Shown piece after piece: positions 13,201 to 27,294 of a DNA stretch of 64,000 bases. Positions within the stretch are counted from its first letter, which is position 1. Each line of letters starts with the position of its first letter. A program made the translations under genes and the position numbers. The stretch comes from Nemertoderma westbladi (Eukaryota; Animalia; Xenacoelomorpha), in contig JAUCBJ010002788.1 of assembly GCA_032718475.1 (NCBI GenBank), positions 38,910-102,909 of the forward strand, in the 5' to 3' direction. The notes below the pieces were generated by a model. The model was not told the DNA's origin and did no database searches. It was given only the letters and a program-made list of their open reading frames with translations.

Positions 13201-13800
13201 CTGTGAGTGTTCTATTTAGTGTGTGTTTTATTCAGTGAGCATTCTATTCAATGAATGTTTAATTCTGTGAGTGTTATATTCAGTGAGCGTTATATTCAGT
13301 AAGCGTTCTATTCAGTGAGCGTTATATTCAGTGAGCGTTCTATATAGTGAGTGTTCTATTCAGTGAGCGTTATATTCAGTGAATGTTATATTCAGTGAGC
13401 GTTCTATTCAGTGAGGATTCTATTTAGTGAGCATTATAATCAGTGAGCGTTCTATTCAGTGAGTGTTCTATTCAGTGAGCGTTATATTCAGTGAGGGTTC
13501 TATTCAGTGAGTGTTCTATTGAGTGAGCGTTCCACGCAATTAACGTTCTATTCAGTGATCGTTCTATTCAGTGAGCATTATATTCAGTGAGTGTTCTATT
13601 CAGTGAGTGTTCTATTCAGTGAGCGTTATATTCAGTGAGGGTTCTATTCAGTGAGTGTTCTATTGAGTGAGCGTTCCACGCAATTAACGTTCTATTCAGT
13701 GATCGTTCTATTCAGTGAGCATTATATTCAGTGAGTGTTCTATTCAGTGAGCGTTATACTCAGTGACCGTTCTATTCCGTACACATTCTATTCAGTGAGC
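10225..13800. repeat. 16-bp satellite array, consensus TTCTATTCAGTGAGCG (~220 units)
   Basis: Continuous head-to-tail units with variants (-GAACG, -GAGTG, -AAGCG); more diverged at both edges. Confidence 0.97.
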
Positions 13801-15049
13801 GAAGTAAAAAAAACTATTAGAAAGTAGCATAAATGTAGAATTTTAATTAAAAAAAATACAGCACGCCGATTATACAATTCAATAATAATTGATTTATTTG
13901 TTCTAGTCCCTCTGGTGTATAAAAAATCAATAGACTTTAACTCTAAAGGTAAAATCTATATATCTGTTATAATAAAGATCCGTCAAAACCATAAGGCCAC
14001 TATTTTTTATGTCATGGTTTTATGTAATAAAATCTTAATAATACGGTATTTGACTGAAAGCACAAAGAGGATCATCTGCATTAATGATATCAAATAGCTC
14101 CAATAAAAATTTCGATACCAAAATTTAATTACAAAGTTTTTAAATCACACTTACTAATTTTTCAACTTTGTCTCAGATAAGCCACTATCTTGGTTCAAAT
14201 ACCTACAAGTTAGTCATGGAATCAAAGATATATAAAATTATATATTAAAATATACATAAGTTTTGAAATGAATAAAAACGGTGTAGAAAAGTCTAACAAA
14301 GCATTTTCGGAAAAGATCTGAGTTCTAGAATGTGTTTTTGATGTGTAAATTACACAAAAATTACCAGAAAAATTAGGTGGCCCTGTGGTCGTTTTGTGTT
14401 ATGTACTTTTACTATAGAAATGTATTGCAAACGAATATCCAACAAGATATATATAATGGTCATTATATTGGAGCCGTGTAATTTTTTGCATCGGATTTTT
14501 CTAACAATTAATAGATATTATTAATAACATGCTTCTCTTGTTCTAATATTATTTGATAGTTAATGTACTAGTTTATATCTTAATTATTAAGGAGTGGCCC
14601 TATGGCCCCCAGTTGGAGTTATATATATATGCATTGGCCGATAAGGGCCAGTGCGAATATATAACTTTTGAGCATACCCAACAAACTCGCTTAGATGTAA
14701 ATGAAATACTAATATGATCCACTAGGGGGCTCTAATTAACAAGTAGTGAGGTATGGCCCTTCCAGAACTTTTTTCCTTCTAAAATATATTTTGAAATAGC
14801 AATAAATACCACGATGTTCCACGCAGTGGTGGAAGAAAATAATTGACACAATGGCTCTAATTATAGAGTTTTCTTTAAAAAAAATAATATAGGTAGAATA
14901 TAGACGCCGAAACAAGGAAAAGTAGCGAGAAACAGAAGTGCAAAAATGCAGAATCTGATAATTACATAAGTTTCTACTCAACGAATTTCCCTGAAATAAA
15001 TGGAACAGCAATAATTATTGATTCATGAATAATTATTATAACTTTTGTT

Positions 15050-15270
15050 GGGCACAGCTTAGCAAAGTCGAGAATGACGTCCAGATGGTGACCGCCATTT
15101 TGGCGCTCTTACCATTCCGCTAGCGGCTCAGGCAAAAAAAAAAGGTAGACCTTGAAATACTACCTAATATACCTAGCTCCCCCCATCTGTCAAACAATAT
15201 CTGCAGCCACTATATTCGATTCATTGTTATTATGTGCTTCGCCGTCTCTTGTACTTCACTAAGCTGGGCC
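15050..15270. mobile_element. Small MITE candidate
   Basis: Inverted repeats ggcacagcttagcaaagt and acttcactaagctgggcc. Confidence 0.4.
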
Positions 15271-16684
15271 AAACGGAAGGTTTGATAATTTGCACAAATA
15301 CAACATGAATACACATGAATAATTATGGAAACTTGATTCATTTAGCGGCCACTACAGTTTAACAAAACATAGTTTGAAACCTAAAAAACAAGGAAATATA
15401 CTTTAGGATTACAATGTTGCATGCTATTTAAGGTATGTATGGTATGGTATATAACTATGCTATGGCATGCTATCGTCCGACCCTTAGTCTTAGGGCATGC
15501 TACAGTTTATGTTTGGTTTGCTGATATAAGATGTATGCTATGCATGCTATGATAACTAACTGTAGATGTTATGTTAGGTATGTATCCTAACATTTCACGA
15601 CTACTAGAAACGATATTCTAGCGACAGGAATATAATCCATTAGCAGTTAGTATTGAAAACACTTCAGCCTTACAAATTCAGTATGTGCTACATTATTATA
15701 GCCATTATTTATGTGCCTCTATAAATTTCATTATTATTCTATATCTATAATATTGTTATAGGGCCTATTCTATATTTGTCATTGTCTCGACGAGCTGAAT
15801 TATTATATAGTTATGCATTATGTTATGTTATGTATGTATGCTATGGTATTATACTATGCTATGCTATGCTATGCTATGATATGACATTTCCTTCATTGCG
15901 TGTATCCAATGGGAGATTTGTCTTGAAGGACCCAGACCAATTTAAATGGCCCTTAGGAACAGTGTCTACTGAGGGCCATTTAAGTGGCTCCAATGAGACT
16001 TTGTCTTGAATGGGCCACTTTAACTTTTTACCCTTTTTACACCTTTAACCCTATTCATACCGGAAATAATAATAAAAAATTAACTCTTATTAGCGTGCTT
16101 AAAATCACATTTTTAGGTTTTCTGGGGCGCTGATTATAAATATTCCAATTTCTTGGGAAGTTTTTTTTAATAAAATTTTGTAATTAGTTTTGTTTATTAT
16201 TAATTTGGCACACACCTTCGAAAAATACAATTTAAAATGTCTAAAGCCGTTTTTATTTATTCCAATGAATTCAGAACCAACGTAAAACACATGTAAAGCG
16301 AGAAACAAGATGTAGAAATCAATTCGTATCTATTGCCATCTAGGGCCATTTTACATTTAAGTGGCTCAAATGAGACATTGTCTTAAATGGGCCACTTCCT
16401 TTTAAATGGCCCTTACAAACATTGTTTACTGAGGGCCATTTTACGTTTAAGTGGCTCAAATGAGACATTGTCTTGAATGGGCCACTTCCTTTTAAATGGC
16501 CCTTCTTCCAAGGAAAACACATCCGTGTTAGATTGTGTTCATATTGTACAGTTAAATTACATTAAATGTATTAATAGTGGCCCTAACAAAATATAAAAAT
16601 ATAAAAAATGGCCCTAAATTTACAAAATTACATTCCTAAACTACAATCAGAGGTGTGACGCTGAATGTGGCTTCTACTAAAAGG

Positions 16685-17425
16685 CCCGTGCTCCTCTGGT
16701 AACTCATAAGGTAGCACGAACTTAGTTCCAATCGCACATTTTCAAAGGCGAACTTATGTAGTTCCAATTGAAACGCATTTAGTTCCAAAATAAATTTTAC
16801 CAAGCGAACTTAGTTCCAATCGAGGCGAACTTAGTTCCAATCCCAGAATATAAAAACGAACTTAGTTCCAATGGAAGCGAATTTAGTTCCAATGGATGTG
16901 AATTTAGTTCCAATGCTTGCGAATTTAGTTCCAATGCTTGCGAATTTAGTTCCAATGGAAGCGAATTTAGTTCCAATGGAAGCGAATTTAGTTCCAATGG
17001 GTACGAACTTAGTTCCAATGTTTCAATCGTGGGGATAGCTACGTGGGTAGCACGAACTTAGTTCCAATCGCACATTTTCAAAGGCAAACTTATGTAGTTC
17101 CAATTGAAACGCATTTAGTTCCAAAATAAATTTTACAAAGCGAACTTAGTTCAAATCGAGGCGAACTTAGTTCCAATCCCAGAATATCAAAACGACCTTA
17201 GTTCCAATGGATGCGAATTTAGTTCCAATGCATGCGAATTTAGTTCCAATGGATGCGAATTTAGTTCCAATGGAAGCGAATTTAGTTCCAATGGGTACGA
17301 ACTTTTTTCTCTAGTTATTGGAACTAAGTTCGCCTAAATTGGAAATAAATTCGCCAAAATTGGAACTAAATTCTTTTCCATTGGAACTAAATTCGCATGA
17401 GGCTTAAATTGGAACTAAGTACGGG
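16685..17425. repeat. 21-bp minisatellite (GCGAATTTAGTTCCAATGGAA) in direct then inverted orientation; foldback-type non-autonomous element
   Basis: About 16710-17020 is duplicated at about 17047-17300; inverted units ATTGGAACTAAATTCGC at 17317-17420; possible ends cccgtgc...gtacggg. It accounts for the spurious LELNS ORF. Confidence 0.8.
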
Positions 17426-17494
17426 GAATCGTAATTGCCAATTGCCAAATTATATTTTCCAATTGGCTGCAATATATTTACTGTAAATCTAAAA

Positions 17495-20235
17495 GGTCAT
17501 TTTATATATTTTGATAGGGCCACTGTTAATAAATTTAATGTAATTTAACTGTACAATATGAACTCAATCTAACATGAGTGTATTTTCCTAGGAAGGCCAT
17601 TTAATATGTTTGTTTTGGGTTTTAGGGCCATTTCATATCTCTGTATTTCTAATTCAGGGAATATTCTAAGGAAATCTTGATATCGCACTTCAATTGGGAT
17701 TTTGGTGGATATTATTTATTATATAATACAATAACTGCTGTAAACAACGGTATGGGAGGTATGAGGGGAGGGGGTTAACTATAATATGCTGAGCCTGATA
17801 TAATCTGAAATTTACAGGTACAGAGATTATAAATGCACGTTTTTGTATGGAAAATGTGCCTGAGCTAGTATTATGCACCTTAATTATTACTATAATGATT
17901 GCCAGGTATCACGTCAAAATGATTATAAAATATGAAATATCGAAGGTTTTAAATTTTATGAAATTTAAAACTGCATATAAAAAAAATTAAAACTCTGCAT
18001 AGGCCCTATGGATCAGTTTCTCCCCAATGATGCAGCGCAGGTTGTATTATAGTAGTATTGATTTCACAAGTTTCAGCTTAACGTATCATAAATAACGAAA
18101 CTGGAGGAGAATTTCACTTTACTATTATTACTTACTTTTATTATTAACTTATAAGGCAATGGGCAAATGGCAAGGCAAGCAGTAGAAGCCACCTTTGCCT
18201 CACATCTCTGATTGATTGTAATCCCAATTATCCTTCCCCCTGCCTTTTCCGTTTGACACATGTCTGTCTGCCAGTCTATTTCTGCCAATAGACATCAATA
18301 AAATTACTTTATGAATTTAGGGCCATATTTTATATTTTGATATTATAAAGGGGCCACTGTTAATAAATTTAATATAATTAACTGTAGATTATGAACTCAA
18401 TCTAACATGGGTGTATTTTCCTAGGAAGGCCATTTAATATATTTGTTTTAGGTTTTAGGGCCATTTCATATCTCTGTATTTCTAATTCAGGGAATATTCT
18501 AAGGAAATCTTGATATCGAACTTCAATTGGAATTTTGGTGGATATTATTATTATATAATACAATAACTGCTGTAAACAACGGTGGAAGGTATGAGGGGAG
18601 TGGGGTAACTATAATATGCTGAGCCTGATATAATTTGAAATTTACAAGTACTATAGTACTGATTTCACAAGTTTCAGCTTAACATATCATAAATAACGAA
18701 ACTGGAAAAGGATTTCACTTTACGACCATAATAATATAATGCCTTTTGTAAGCGGCTTACAAGCCACTTAACGAAACCGATTATTACTTACTTTAATTAT
18801 TAACTTATACTACTACTACTACTAGGATCGGCATGCTGCATTGCAGCTGCATTTTTAAGAATGCTGTGCCGGCTTGTCAACAAAATTGCACCGCCACAAC
18901 TCCCTATCACCCATGACATTTGCTAGATCATCCGCATCTTTAAGGCCAGTGTCCTTTAAGATGCGTCTCAAGAAAGTCATGGGCTGTCCACCATGCTTAT
19001 TCACTCCATGAGGCTGCCAAAGTACAAGATTATGCACTGGCTGGTCCTCACGGCGAAAGCAATGTCCTGCAAAGCGGAGGCGATTTTGTTCTAGTGTCAA
19101 GCTTGGGGGAACCAATGAGACACCTCCAATGTTATATAGTGTCTGGTTGGAGATGTGTGCATTGTACTTGGCACAATGAACCCGGCGTAGCATTCTTGTG
19201 AATGTGCCATCCAGAGATTTGGTGTCCTCAGCAGTTACAGCCCAGCATGGACTCCCGTAGAGGAGTACTGGAACTACTGCTGCTCTAAATAATCGGACCT
19301 TAAGTTTCCGATTAATTCTCGGTGACTTCCAAATCCTGGAAAACCTATTCAAGGCTGCCCGCCCATGCCTTTCCCTTACGTATTCGAAGGTCCTCACCTG
19401 ACTTACGGATCCATGATCCCAGGTAACAGAAGTCGTCCACATGCTCAAGCATACCATCCTTTGAGCTTTTGCTCATCCGATCAGAGACTTGCTGAGGACT
19501 TTCAAAGTTAACTGTCAGAATTTTGGTCTTTCTGGAGTTAATAAAAAGACCAACACTAGAAGCAGCATGTTCTAATGAGCTGAGGAGCCGTTGGGCTCCC
19601 TCTAGTGATTCTGAGAGTACTCCTATGTCATCAGCAAAGTCTGGATCAGTTAGGTACTTGGCAGGATTTCCTCGACTTCTGGAGCCAGTAGGTGGAGTTA
19701 TCATCACCCCATCATCATTATAATGATCTAAGGACATGCGTAGAACATAGTCAACCACAATAATGAACAAGAATGGTGCAAGTGTGTCTCCTTGGAGGAC
19801 GCCCCATAACACTTCAAATGGTTCTGTGTCACCGTCAACTTATTAACTTATTAACTTATAAGGCGATGGGCAAATGGCAAGGCAAGCAGTAGAAGCCACC
19901 TTTGCCTCACATCTCTGATTGTAATCCCAATTATCCTTCCCCCTGTCTTTTCCGTTTGACACATGTCTGTCTGCCAGTCTATTTCTGCCAATAGACATCA
20001 ATAAAATTAATTTATGAATTTAGGGCCATATTTTATATTTTGATATTATAAAGGGGCCACTGTTAATAAATTTAAAGTAATTAACTGTAGATTATGAACT
20101 CAATCTAACATGGGTGTATTTTCCTGGGAAGGCCATCTAATATATTTGTTTTAGGTTTTAGGCCCATTTCATTTCTCTGTATTTCTAATTCAGGGCATAT
20201 TCTAAGGAAATCTTGATATCGCACTTCACTTGGGA
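17495..20235. repeat. Three tandem copies of a ~0.6-0.8-kb unit, the second interrupted by an RTE
   Basis: gggccactgttaataaatttaa...ggaaatcttgatatcg recurs near 17517, 18351 and 20054; an inverted partial copy lies at about 16510-16620. Confidence 0.85.
18809..19839 (-). mobile_element. 5'-truncated RTE-clade LINE with TSD
   Basis: GVLQGDTLAPFLFIIVVDYVLR, DFADDI, DFCYLGSWI, LLYGS, RLRFAGHCFR, with a frameshift near 19350. (TAG)n tail and flanking ttattaacttat duplication; the empty paralogous site is visible at about 18140. Confidence 0.92.
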
Positions 20236-21365
20236 TTTCACTTCACGATGGGCACTTCAGTGGATGTAGACCTATATTTTTTATTATATGATACAATAAC
20301 TGTTGTTAACAACGGTGGGACTGGGAAGTATTGGGGGGGGGGGGGGGGGAGTAACATCGTGCCCGTGTGTGTCTGAGTCTGTATTCACAGAAATACTCAA
20401 TATTCAACTCCCTTAACTTTTCCTAGAATTAACATACGTTTTTAATGACTAAATCTGAAACATTTTGAAATCTTAAACTATATTTGAAAGTTATTTTTTG
20501 TGGTACTAATTATCGTCTGGTGTGTTTAAAAATGGCCAAACCAAATAATTAAAAAAATAGGCCACAAAATGGCACTCTGCTGTGGCCAAAAGTGCCTTTT
20601 TGTGCAAAAGGTATTCTGAACAAGTGTCAACATTTCTGAACAAATTTCAAATCATTCCAGCAAAAATCGGCGGAGAAATAGCCGATTTCATGACAAAATA
20701 TAATTCTTAGTTAAAGGTGTTTAATATGTCGCTTCATTTCTAAATTTAATATGTAGTCTGCGAAAATAACAATATTACGATCCATCGGTATTGTCTTATT
20801 TGCTTACATTTCATAATATCGATCTTACGATTTATATTTTCATTAACTTTTTTTATTTTCTGAATTTATTTACTATTTCTCACTGAAAGTGGACATGTTT
20901 ATTGAATTTTAATAGCAGCAAAATGGCCTACTTTAGACCATGTACTTGCCCCTACAAAACAATGCCCCCTGTCCTAAAGGCCTGTTTACACGTGGCAACT
21001 TTTAGAGCAACTTTCTCGGCAACTAGCAATGTGTTTGGAGCAATTTAATTTAATCGCTGTTTAATGTTTACACGTGGCAACTTTACCAGCAACTTCACCA
21101 GCAACTTGGCCGGAAACTTTTATAGCAACTTGGCTATTTTGACTGTAAAATAGTGGGTACTGGTTCAGTATGCATACACCTCTCACCAAATTAAATATTT
21201 ACTAGCTAGTTTTTGATAATTTCTTTTTTTTGAAATTTAGCCATTTTATTTTGAAAAAAATTAATATTCTAGAACAAATATTTTTTTTAGACAAAGGCCT
21301 GGTTAGTATTTAAAAAGAACGGGATGGATATAATACGTATATATAATGAATAAAATAACTTTTTA

Positions 21366-23082
21366 GGCCGCGTTCACACTACCGAGTCAAAGTCAAAGTT
21401 AACCCTATTAAACCTGGGGTGGAGGGGGCCAATATGACCCCCCCCCCCGTGGTTTTTTTATTATAATTCTGAAACAAACGCAGTTGGGAATCTGAAATTT
21501 TATGAATTTTCCTAAAAATCTATTGTATTCCTAGTAGTGAAAACCGTTTTCAAAAATATTGGGTAGTTTTCGAGTTATAGCACCATTTTTTAACCCTACT
21601 TTTGGCACTTTTTTTGAAACGTTTTTTGAAAATTACATTTCATTAAATATGAATTGTAACATCTCTATTTTTTATTTACACCGGTTTTTTGGTCTTAGCA
21701 ATTGGATGGAATTCATATAAATTGATTTAGAAATTTCAAACTTGTTTTTTTCGGCGGGTGCCAAATTTTGGTGCCAGCACCAAATTATGAAATATGTCAA
21801 TTTTGTAAATTGATTGTTTGAAACTTGTTTTTTACGCAATTGGGGTTTTTTGGGGTTCTGGTTTCGATGAAATATATACGAGTTGCACCAAGCGTATCAA
21901 ACTTGTATTTTTCGGTGCTTTGTGCAAATTTTGGTGCTAGCACGAAATTTTGAAAATCCATTCAATAGATAAAATTGCTTGTGACAATTTATTTCTTGCA
22001 TTTTAGAGGTTTATGGCTGTTCTGAATTCAATGGAATATATTATTATCGAACTAGACATCTCAAACTTGTATTTTTCGGAAGTGGGTGCAAAATGTGGTG
22101 CTAGCACCAAATTTTGAAAACCATCAAATATATCAATTGATTGTGCCATCTTGTTTCTTGCGTTATACGGGTTTGTTAGGGTTCTGAATTCAATGGAAAC
22201 AGTAAAAATTTCATAAGAGTTTTCAAACTTGTATTTTTCGCCGGTGGGTGAAAATTGTTGTGCCAGCACCAAATTTTGGAAAATGAGTAAATTGATCAGT
22301 AGATAGTATCATCTTGTTTCTTGCGTTATACGGGTTTATGAGGGTCCTGAATCCGATGAAATCAATAAAAACAGCACTGGACATCGCAAACTTGTACTTT
22401 TTGGTGATGGGTACGAAATTTGGTGCTAGCACCAAAATTTGTCAAATTACGCCGAAAAATACAAGTAGCAATGATCTGGCATATTTGAAATGTATTCCAT
22501 TAGAATCAGCGCCCTAGAAAACCTGAAAATGTGAATTTATAGCATCATATAAGTGAATTAAAAATTTTGTGTTCTAACTGAAAAGTGCTGGTTACTTGTT
22601 TTTTCATTTTTTTCCTACGCAGAGAGGACTAAACAGCCATTTATGGTAATCATATCATTTTTAAATATTTTCCAATGTATTTTTGCGCCCCAGAAAACCT
22701 ATTTTGAAAAACAATTAGCCGAAAAATGTAACTTTCAAATTTTGTGAAAATTGTGCACTACTTGTAATTTTGGTGCTGCAATATTACCACCCCAGTAAAT
22801 TCAGACGTTTTCGTTAATATTTGTATATTTTAGAGGGAGGGGTCAATATGACCCCCCCCCCCCCCCCCCCCCCGGTATTTGTACAGCATTTTATAGCCCG
22901 GTATTAATAGGGTTTTAAAAGACAAAATGTAAAACATATCACATGAAATTAATTTTTTCTAGAATGCACTTATGTATTATATTAGGCCTATATAATGTAT
23001 TATTATTTATTATTGCTAGCTAGCTATATTTATTTTCTTTTGAATTTGACCTTGACTTTGACTCGGTAGTGTAAACGCGGTC
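21366..23082. mobile_element. PIF/Harbinger-type MITE hosting a nested insertion
   Basis: TIRs ggccgcgttcacactaccgagtcaaagtcaa and ttgactttgactcggtagtgtaaacgcggtc; TTA on both sides. Confidence 0.8.
21403..22912. mobile_element. Non-autonomous CCCT...AGGG-ended DNA element (piggyBac-like ends) with internal ~160-bp repeats
   Basis: ttaa|ccctattaaacc at the left end and ggtattaataggg|ttttaa at the right; subterminal caatatgacccccc at both ends; repeated tggtgctagcaccaaa motif. Confidence 0.65.
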
Positions 23083-23898
23083 TTAAAATTTTTGAAATTT
23101 TTCAATTAAATTATCATGATATCTAGTAAAATTTATGGTAGCTAATAAATAATAAAAGCAATGATTAAAGTAATTTCAACAAGAAATTTTTTTTTAAATT
23201 TTAAATTTTTATTGTTGTTGTTTATTATTTGTTGTTTTATTGTTGTTTTTCAAAATTTCTAGCTACAATCTTACTGTCAAAATGTTAAATGTTCTAGAAT
23301 AAAAACCTCATGATAAAAGCTATTTTTCAAAAGAAAAAATTGGACTTCTGGATGTCTCTCACAAAAAAACCGCTTTATCTAATACTGTTTAATTTAATTT
23401 GAATATATTTATAAAAACCTTTAAAAAGGATTGTCCCATGCAATACAATATTCCATTGGAGCCACTAAAATTCAAAATGACCTCTATTGGACACTGTTCA
23501 TAAAGGGCCACCAAAAAATGAAATGGCTCTTACAAGACATTGTCCATTAGAGCCACTTAAATATGAAATATATTTCATATATATTAGGCAATTTTCCCTT
23601 AAAGCCATTCAAATCTGAAATGGCCCATATTGGATAGTGTCGCTTGGAGCCACTCAACTATAATGTGGCCCGATATTAGCCAATTTGTATCAAACGCCTT
23701 TGAAAAGGCAATGGCCCATGCAAGACCATGTTCCATTTGAGCCAAAAGTTCGAAATGGCCTTAATTAGTCACTGTTCATAAAGGGCCACTAAAAAATATA
23801 ATGGTTCTTACAAGACAATGTCCCCTTGGAGCCACCCAAATGACAAATATTATTTAGATTATCTAAAAATAAAAAAAATAAAATGTTTGTTACAATAT

Positions 23899-24637
23899 GT
23901 TTTGTTACATTATGTCAACTTAACAGCGTTCTGGTGAATTACTCATAACGCTGCAAAGTACTACTTTGCAGCGTTGCGGCCTATAGGACGGAACGTTGCA
24001 AAGTAATCAATGACATGGAAACAACTTCAATTACCGTATTCCAGAATGTATTATTTCCATTTATGTTAATGACTGCAGCTTTATTATCCAATTTGCAGTG
24101 ACGGGACTAGCTACTGGATGTAAATAATTGTTTAACATGTACTGTAATCTATTATGGCGAAACGTCCAATAGAAGACACTAAATTAACCAAAGAAAGTGA
24201 CGACAGTGTTCAGTAAAACTGAACGGACACAGACGGTGAATAAGTTTGCTTCAGTCGACTATAGTCAAGATGGATTAATGATTTATCACATCCAAGCAGG
24301 AGATAACTTCCAATAAACTTTAATTAGATTTAAATGTATAATTAATACTGTGTACCAGTGTACCTGTTAATAAATTTCACTTATATTCGATATAGTACAT
24401 GATTAAAATGTATAAATGAGCAACCATAAAATCCTTTCTTCACAAACCGAACGCTGATAAGTTGACATAATGTAACAAAATTACATACATCATTGCTTGC
24501 AAAGGTCACTTTTCAGCGTTAAAGACCCTTGTTTATTGATGTAAACCTCCCTCGCTGCGCTCGCTCGGTACATAAATAAACTCGGGTCATAACGCTGCAA
24601 AGTGCTACTTTGCACACAATGATGTAAATAGTTATTA
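23899..24637. mobile_element. Crypton-like non-autonomous element
   Basis: Inverted repeat tttgttacattatgtcaacttaacagcgttc and gaacgctgataagttgacataatgtaacaaa (23900 and 24449). Terminal ~150-bp hairpin acatcattg...ctcgctgcgctcgctcgg...caatgatgt. Confidence 0.55.
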
Positions 24638-25789
24638 GATTTAATTAATACGGGATAAAATTCACATTATATTTAATAGGCCTATAGATAATTGTTACAT
24701 TAGGGTAAGAGGCAAAACGTCTACATTTATGTCTCCAATATATGAATTACTGGTGGGGGATGGAATTCGTAGGGGTCGTAAGATGTATTTAGGCTAGTCT
24801 ATAAACTAATCCCCCACCAATGACAAAATGTTAATAATGAAGTGTATAGTACGCGAAATAGTGATAAGTTATCCTTCCTAGAGGTACCGAACGGTCATAC
24901 ATTATTTCTTAAAAAAGCACAAATTTTAATCGCTTGTCAGTGAGAATTTATTAAAACCTGTTGTTATTTACAGTATTGTTATTTACAATTTAACATATTT
25001 TGTTTGCACAAGTTTCGATCTTCAAACGGCTGAGACATCCAAATAGTGGCGCAAATTGACCATTAGTGAAAAGGTATTGTTTATTGTTTTGGGTAGAAAA
25101 CACCGCCACTAATGTTTGAAATTTAAATAAATTAATTTTTTAAATCATCTAAAAAACACATATTTTGTGTTTCCGGTCACTTTGCGCCATTAACTCGAGA
25201 AATCACATCCGCGTTTTTGACTGTCGGTCATAAGTGATAATAATTATCTATAACGAAAGACTTAAAATCGTCTAAAAACTACTTATTGTACAACTCATAA
25301 TCAGAAATTACACAAAAGTGAATTGTATGCGTTATTGTAGATATATATATTTTTTAAAATATCTGCAAAGGCATTTTTGGCTGTAGAATTAAATTGATAA
25401 TAAATACTATTGTTTACCGCCAGGGGTGCAAGTTAAATTCATAAGAACTAAAGGCAATTTCCTTGTAATTGTTTATTTTGGGCCATTATGCCTAGATTGG
25501 GCCATTTTGTTCTAGGTGGGCCATATTTGCCCTAAGAGGACGTGTACCTTTTGGGCCATCGTAGTAGGATTACGGGCCATTGCTCCAAGCCCAAGGCCAT
25601 TTAAGGGCCATTGGACCTTTAAAAGGTGGCCCTAATAGTGGGAAAGCTTATATATAAGGGATATATATATATATAAGTTTAAATTAAGTAAAGAAAGTTA
25701 GGTAATATGACTGTAGGGTGTGAGATCAAGTTGTTTTAGTATAATAATATTTTAAGAATTCAAAAAGTGACAACTTAGCCTATATGATG

Positions 25790-25985
25790 AATCACTAAAA
25801 ATTTATTTTTTTATTATTAGCTTTCGATAGCTCTCTCTATCTTTTTCAAATAAACGATATTCTAGAATTATTGCACTACAAATAATAATACTACCCTAGC
25901 AACTAATGAGTTTGTTAAATTTGTGAATCTTTAATCTTTATAATTCTTAAGGATTGAAAACATCAAGTCCAAAGCGTGAAAACCT
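25790..25985 (-). mobile_element. Possible Penelope-like 3' end remnant
   Basis: Minus strand TTGAAAAA-gatag(agagag)ctatc-GAAAG resembles a degenerate hammerhead core, followed by aataaa. Confidence 0.3.
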
Positions 25986-27294
25986 TTTTGTGAAAACCTT
26001 TTAGGCCGACCTGTAAGTCGGTAAGTTGGGAGTTGCTCAGGAATTAATTCCTCTTCACATAGCCTGCCTGGACAAGGGCCTTGGTATAACTTGGTGGACA
26101 AACCTTGGCCGATTATATTCCTCCGCCGGGAGGTAGTTAGGAGGGATCACGCCTGAAGACATGCTGGGGGTATATAAATCTTACCCAACTTTATATAATT
26201 TTTGCGGCTATAGAAAAGCGACATTTTTTTCTTTCAAATTTCCCGTTGGTAACTGGTTCAGGAGATTTTGCAGTGCTTGGGAGGGCCCCTGTAATTAAGC
26301 CATCGCAAAAAACTAAATAGACCTTAAACTAAATAGGCTAAACCATAACTAACTAATTATAACAAAAATTCAACTTTGTTTTTCGCATTTTTAAATGGGT
26401 ATTAACCGATAAAAATCTTGAAAAATGAGGCTGTACATTTTTGAAAATTTCTCTTGATCTGTTTATTTTTTCGGGCTAATATTCATAGGGGTATACCAAA
26501 TAAGATCTCGCGAAAAAATAAACCTGTCATTCTGTTCGGGTGGATACAGCCACTGAACTTCTTCAACAATAGCGTTTGGCGGCACGCAGAGGTTAAAATT
26601 CGACTAAAGTCTGCAGAAATTTCGCAATGCTGTTTCCATAAACAAGACTCTTCAGATATTGGTGTTCACAATAACCCAGAGGTACAATGGGTTCCTGGTT
26701 TCTGTTGGGGATATGTGAAGAAAGGTTAGGATAGTTATGGTGTGTTCACCATTGGGAGAACTGTGGCGGTCTCAATCCTGCCTTATAAGGTAACAGCCAA
26801 GAGAGAGAAGCTTAGATTTTAAGGAATTATCAAAGTTTCTGCAGAATATTTTATCTTATCTTTAGACCATAGCACATACCGAATTATGCATCCTTTCACA
26901 TTGTTAATTGTACAAGCAACGACAAAGCAGCGCGCAACATACTGTAGCCTACATGCTGTGTGTTGTACATTAGAAATAATTGGATTTGCGGGGGAAATAA
27001 TGGGTTTATACTGTGAAAATTACATCAATTATTACCGACCAATTTATTGAGCGAGTTACAATATTCTCTGTGCAGCAAACCCATCGTTTCACTATATATT
27101 AATTGCTTTGATCACTATCAATTACCGTACCATACCATCAATGGTATGGTTCCATCCTATTCGGTAGGCCTACAGCGCTACAGTGTTAGGCAGTAATGGC
27201 TAAGGCACTGCCTAACATTGTCCAAGTCTGGCTTTACATTGGCATTGTAGAATGTACAGTTTTGAAAAATTTTTGGAAATTAAAATTTTGAGAA

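Noticed and set aside
10225-13800. CRISPR-like regular repeats
   Set aside because: Head-to-tail monomers with no unique spacers, no cas genes, eukaryotic context.
16797-17018. LELNS heptad ORF as a leucine-rich or coiled-coil protein
   Set aside because: Translation of a 21-bp minisatellite.
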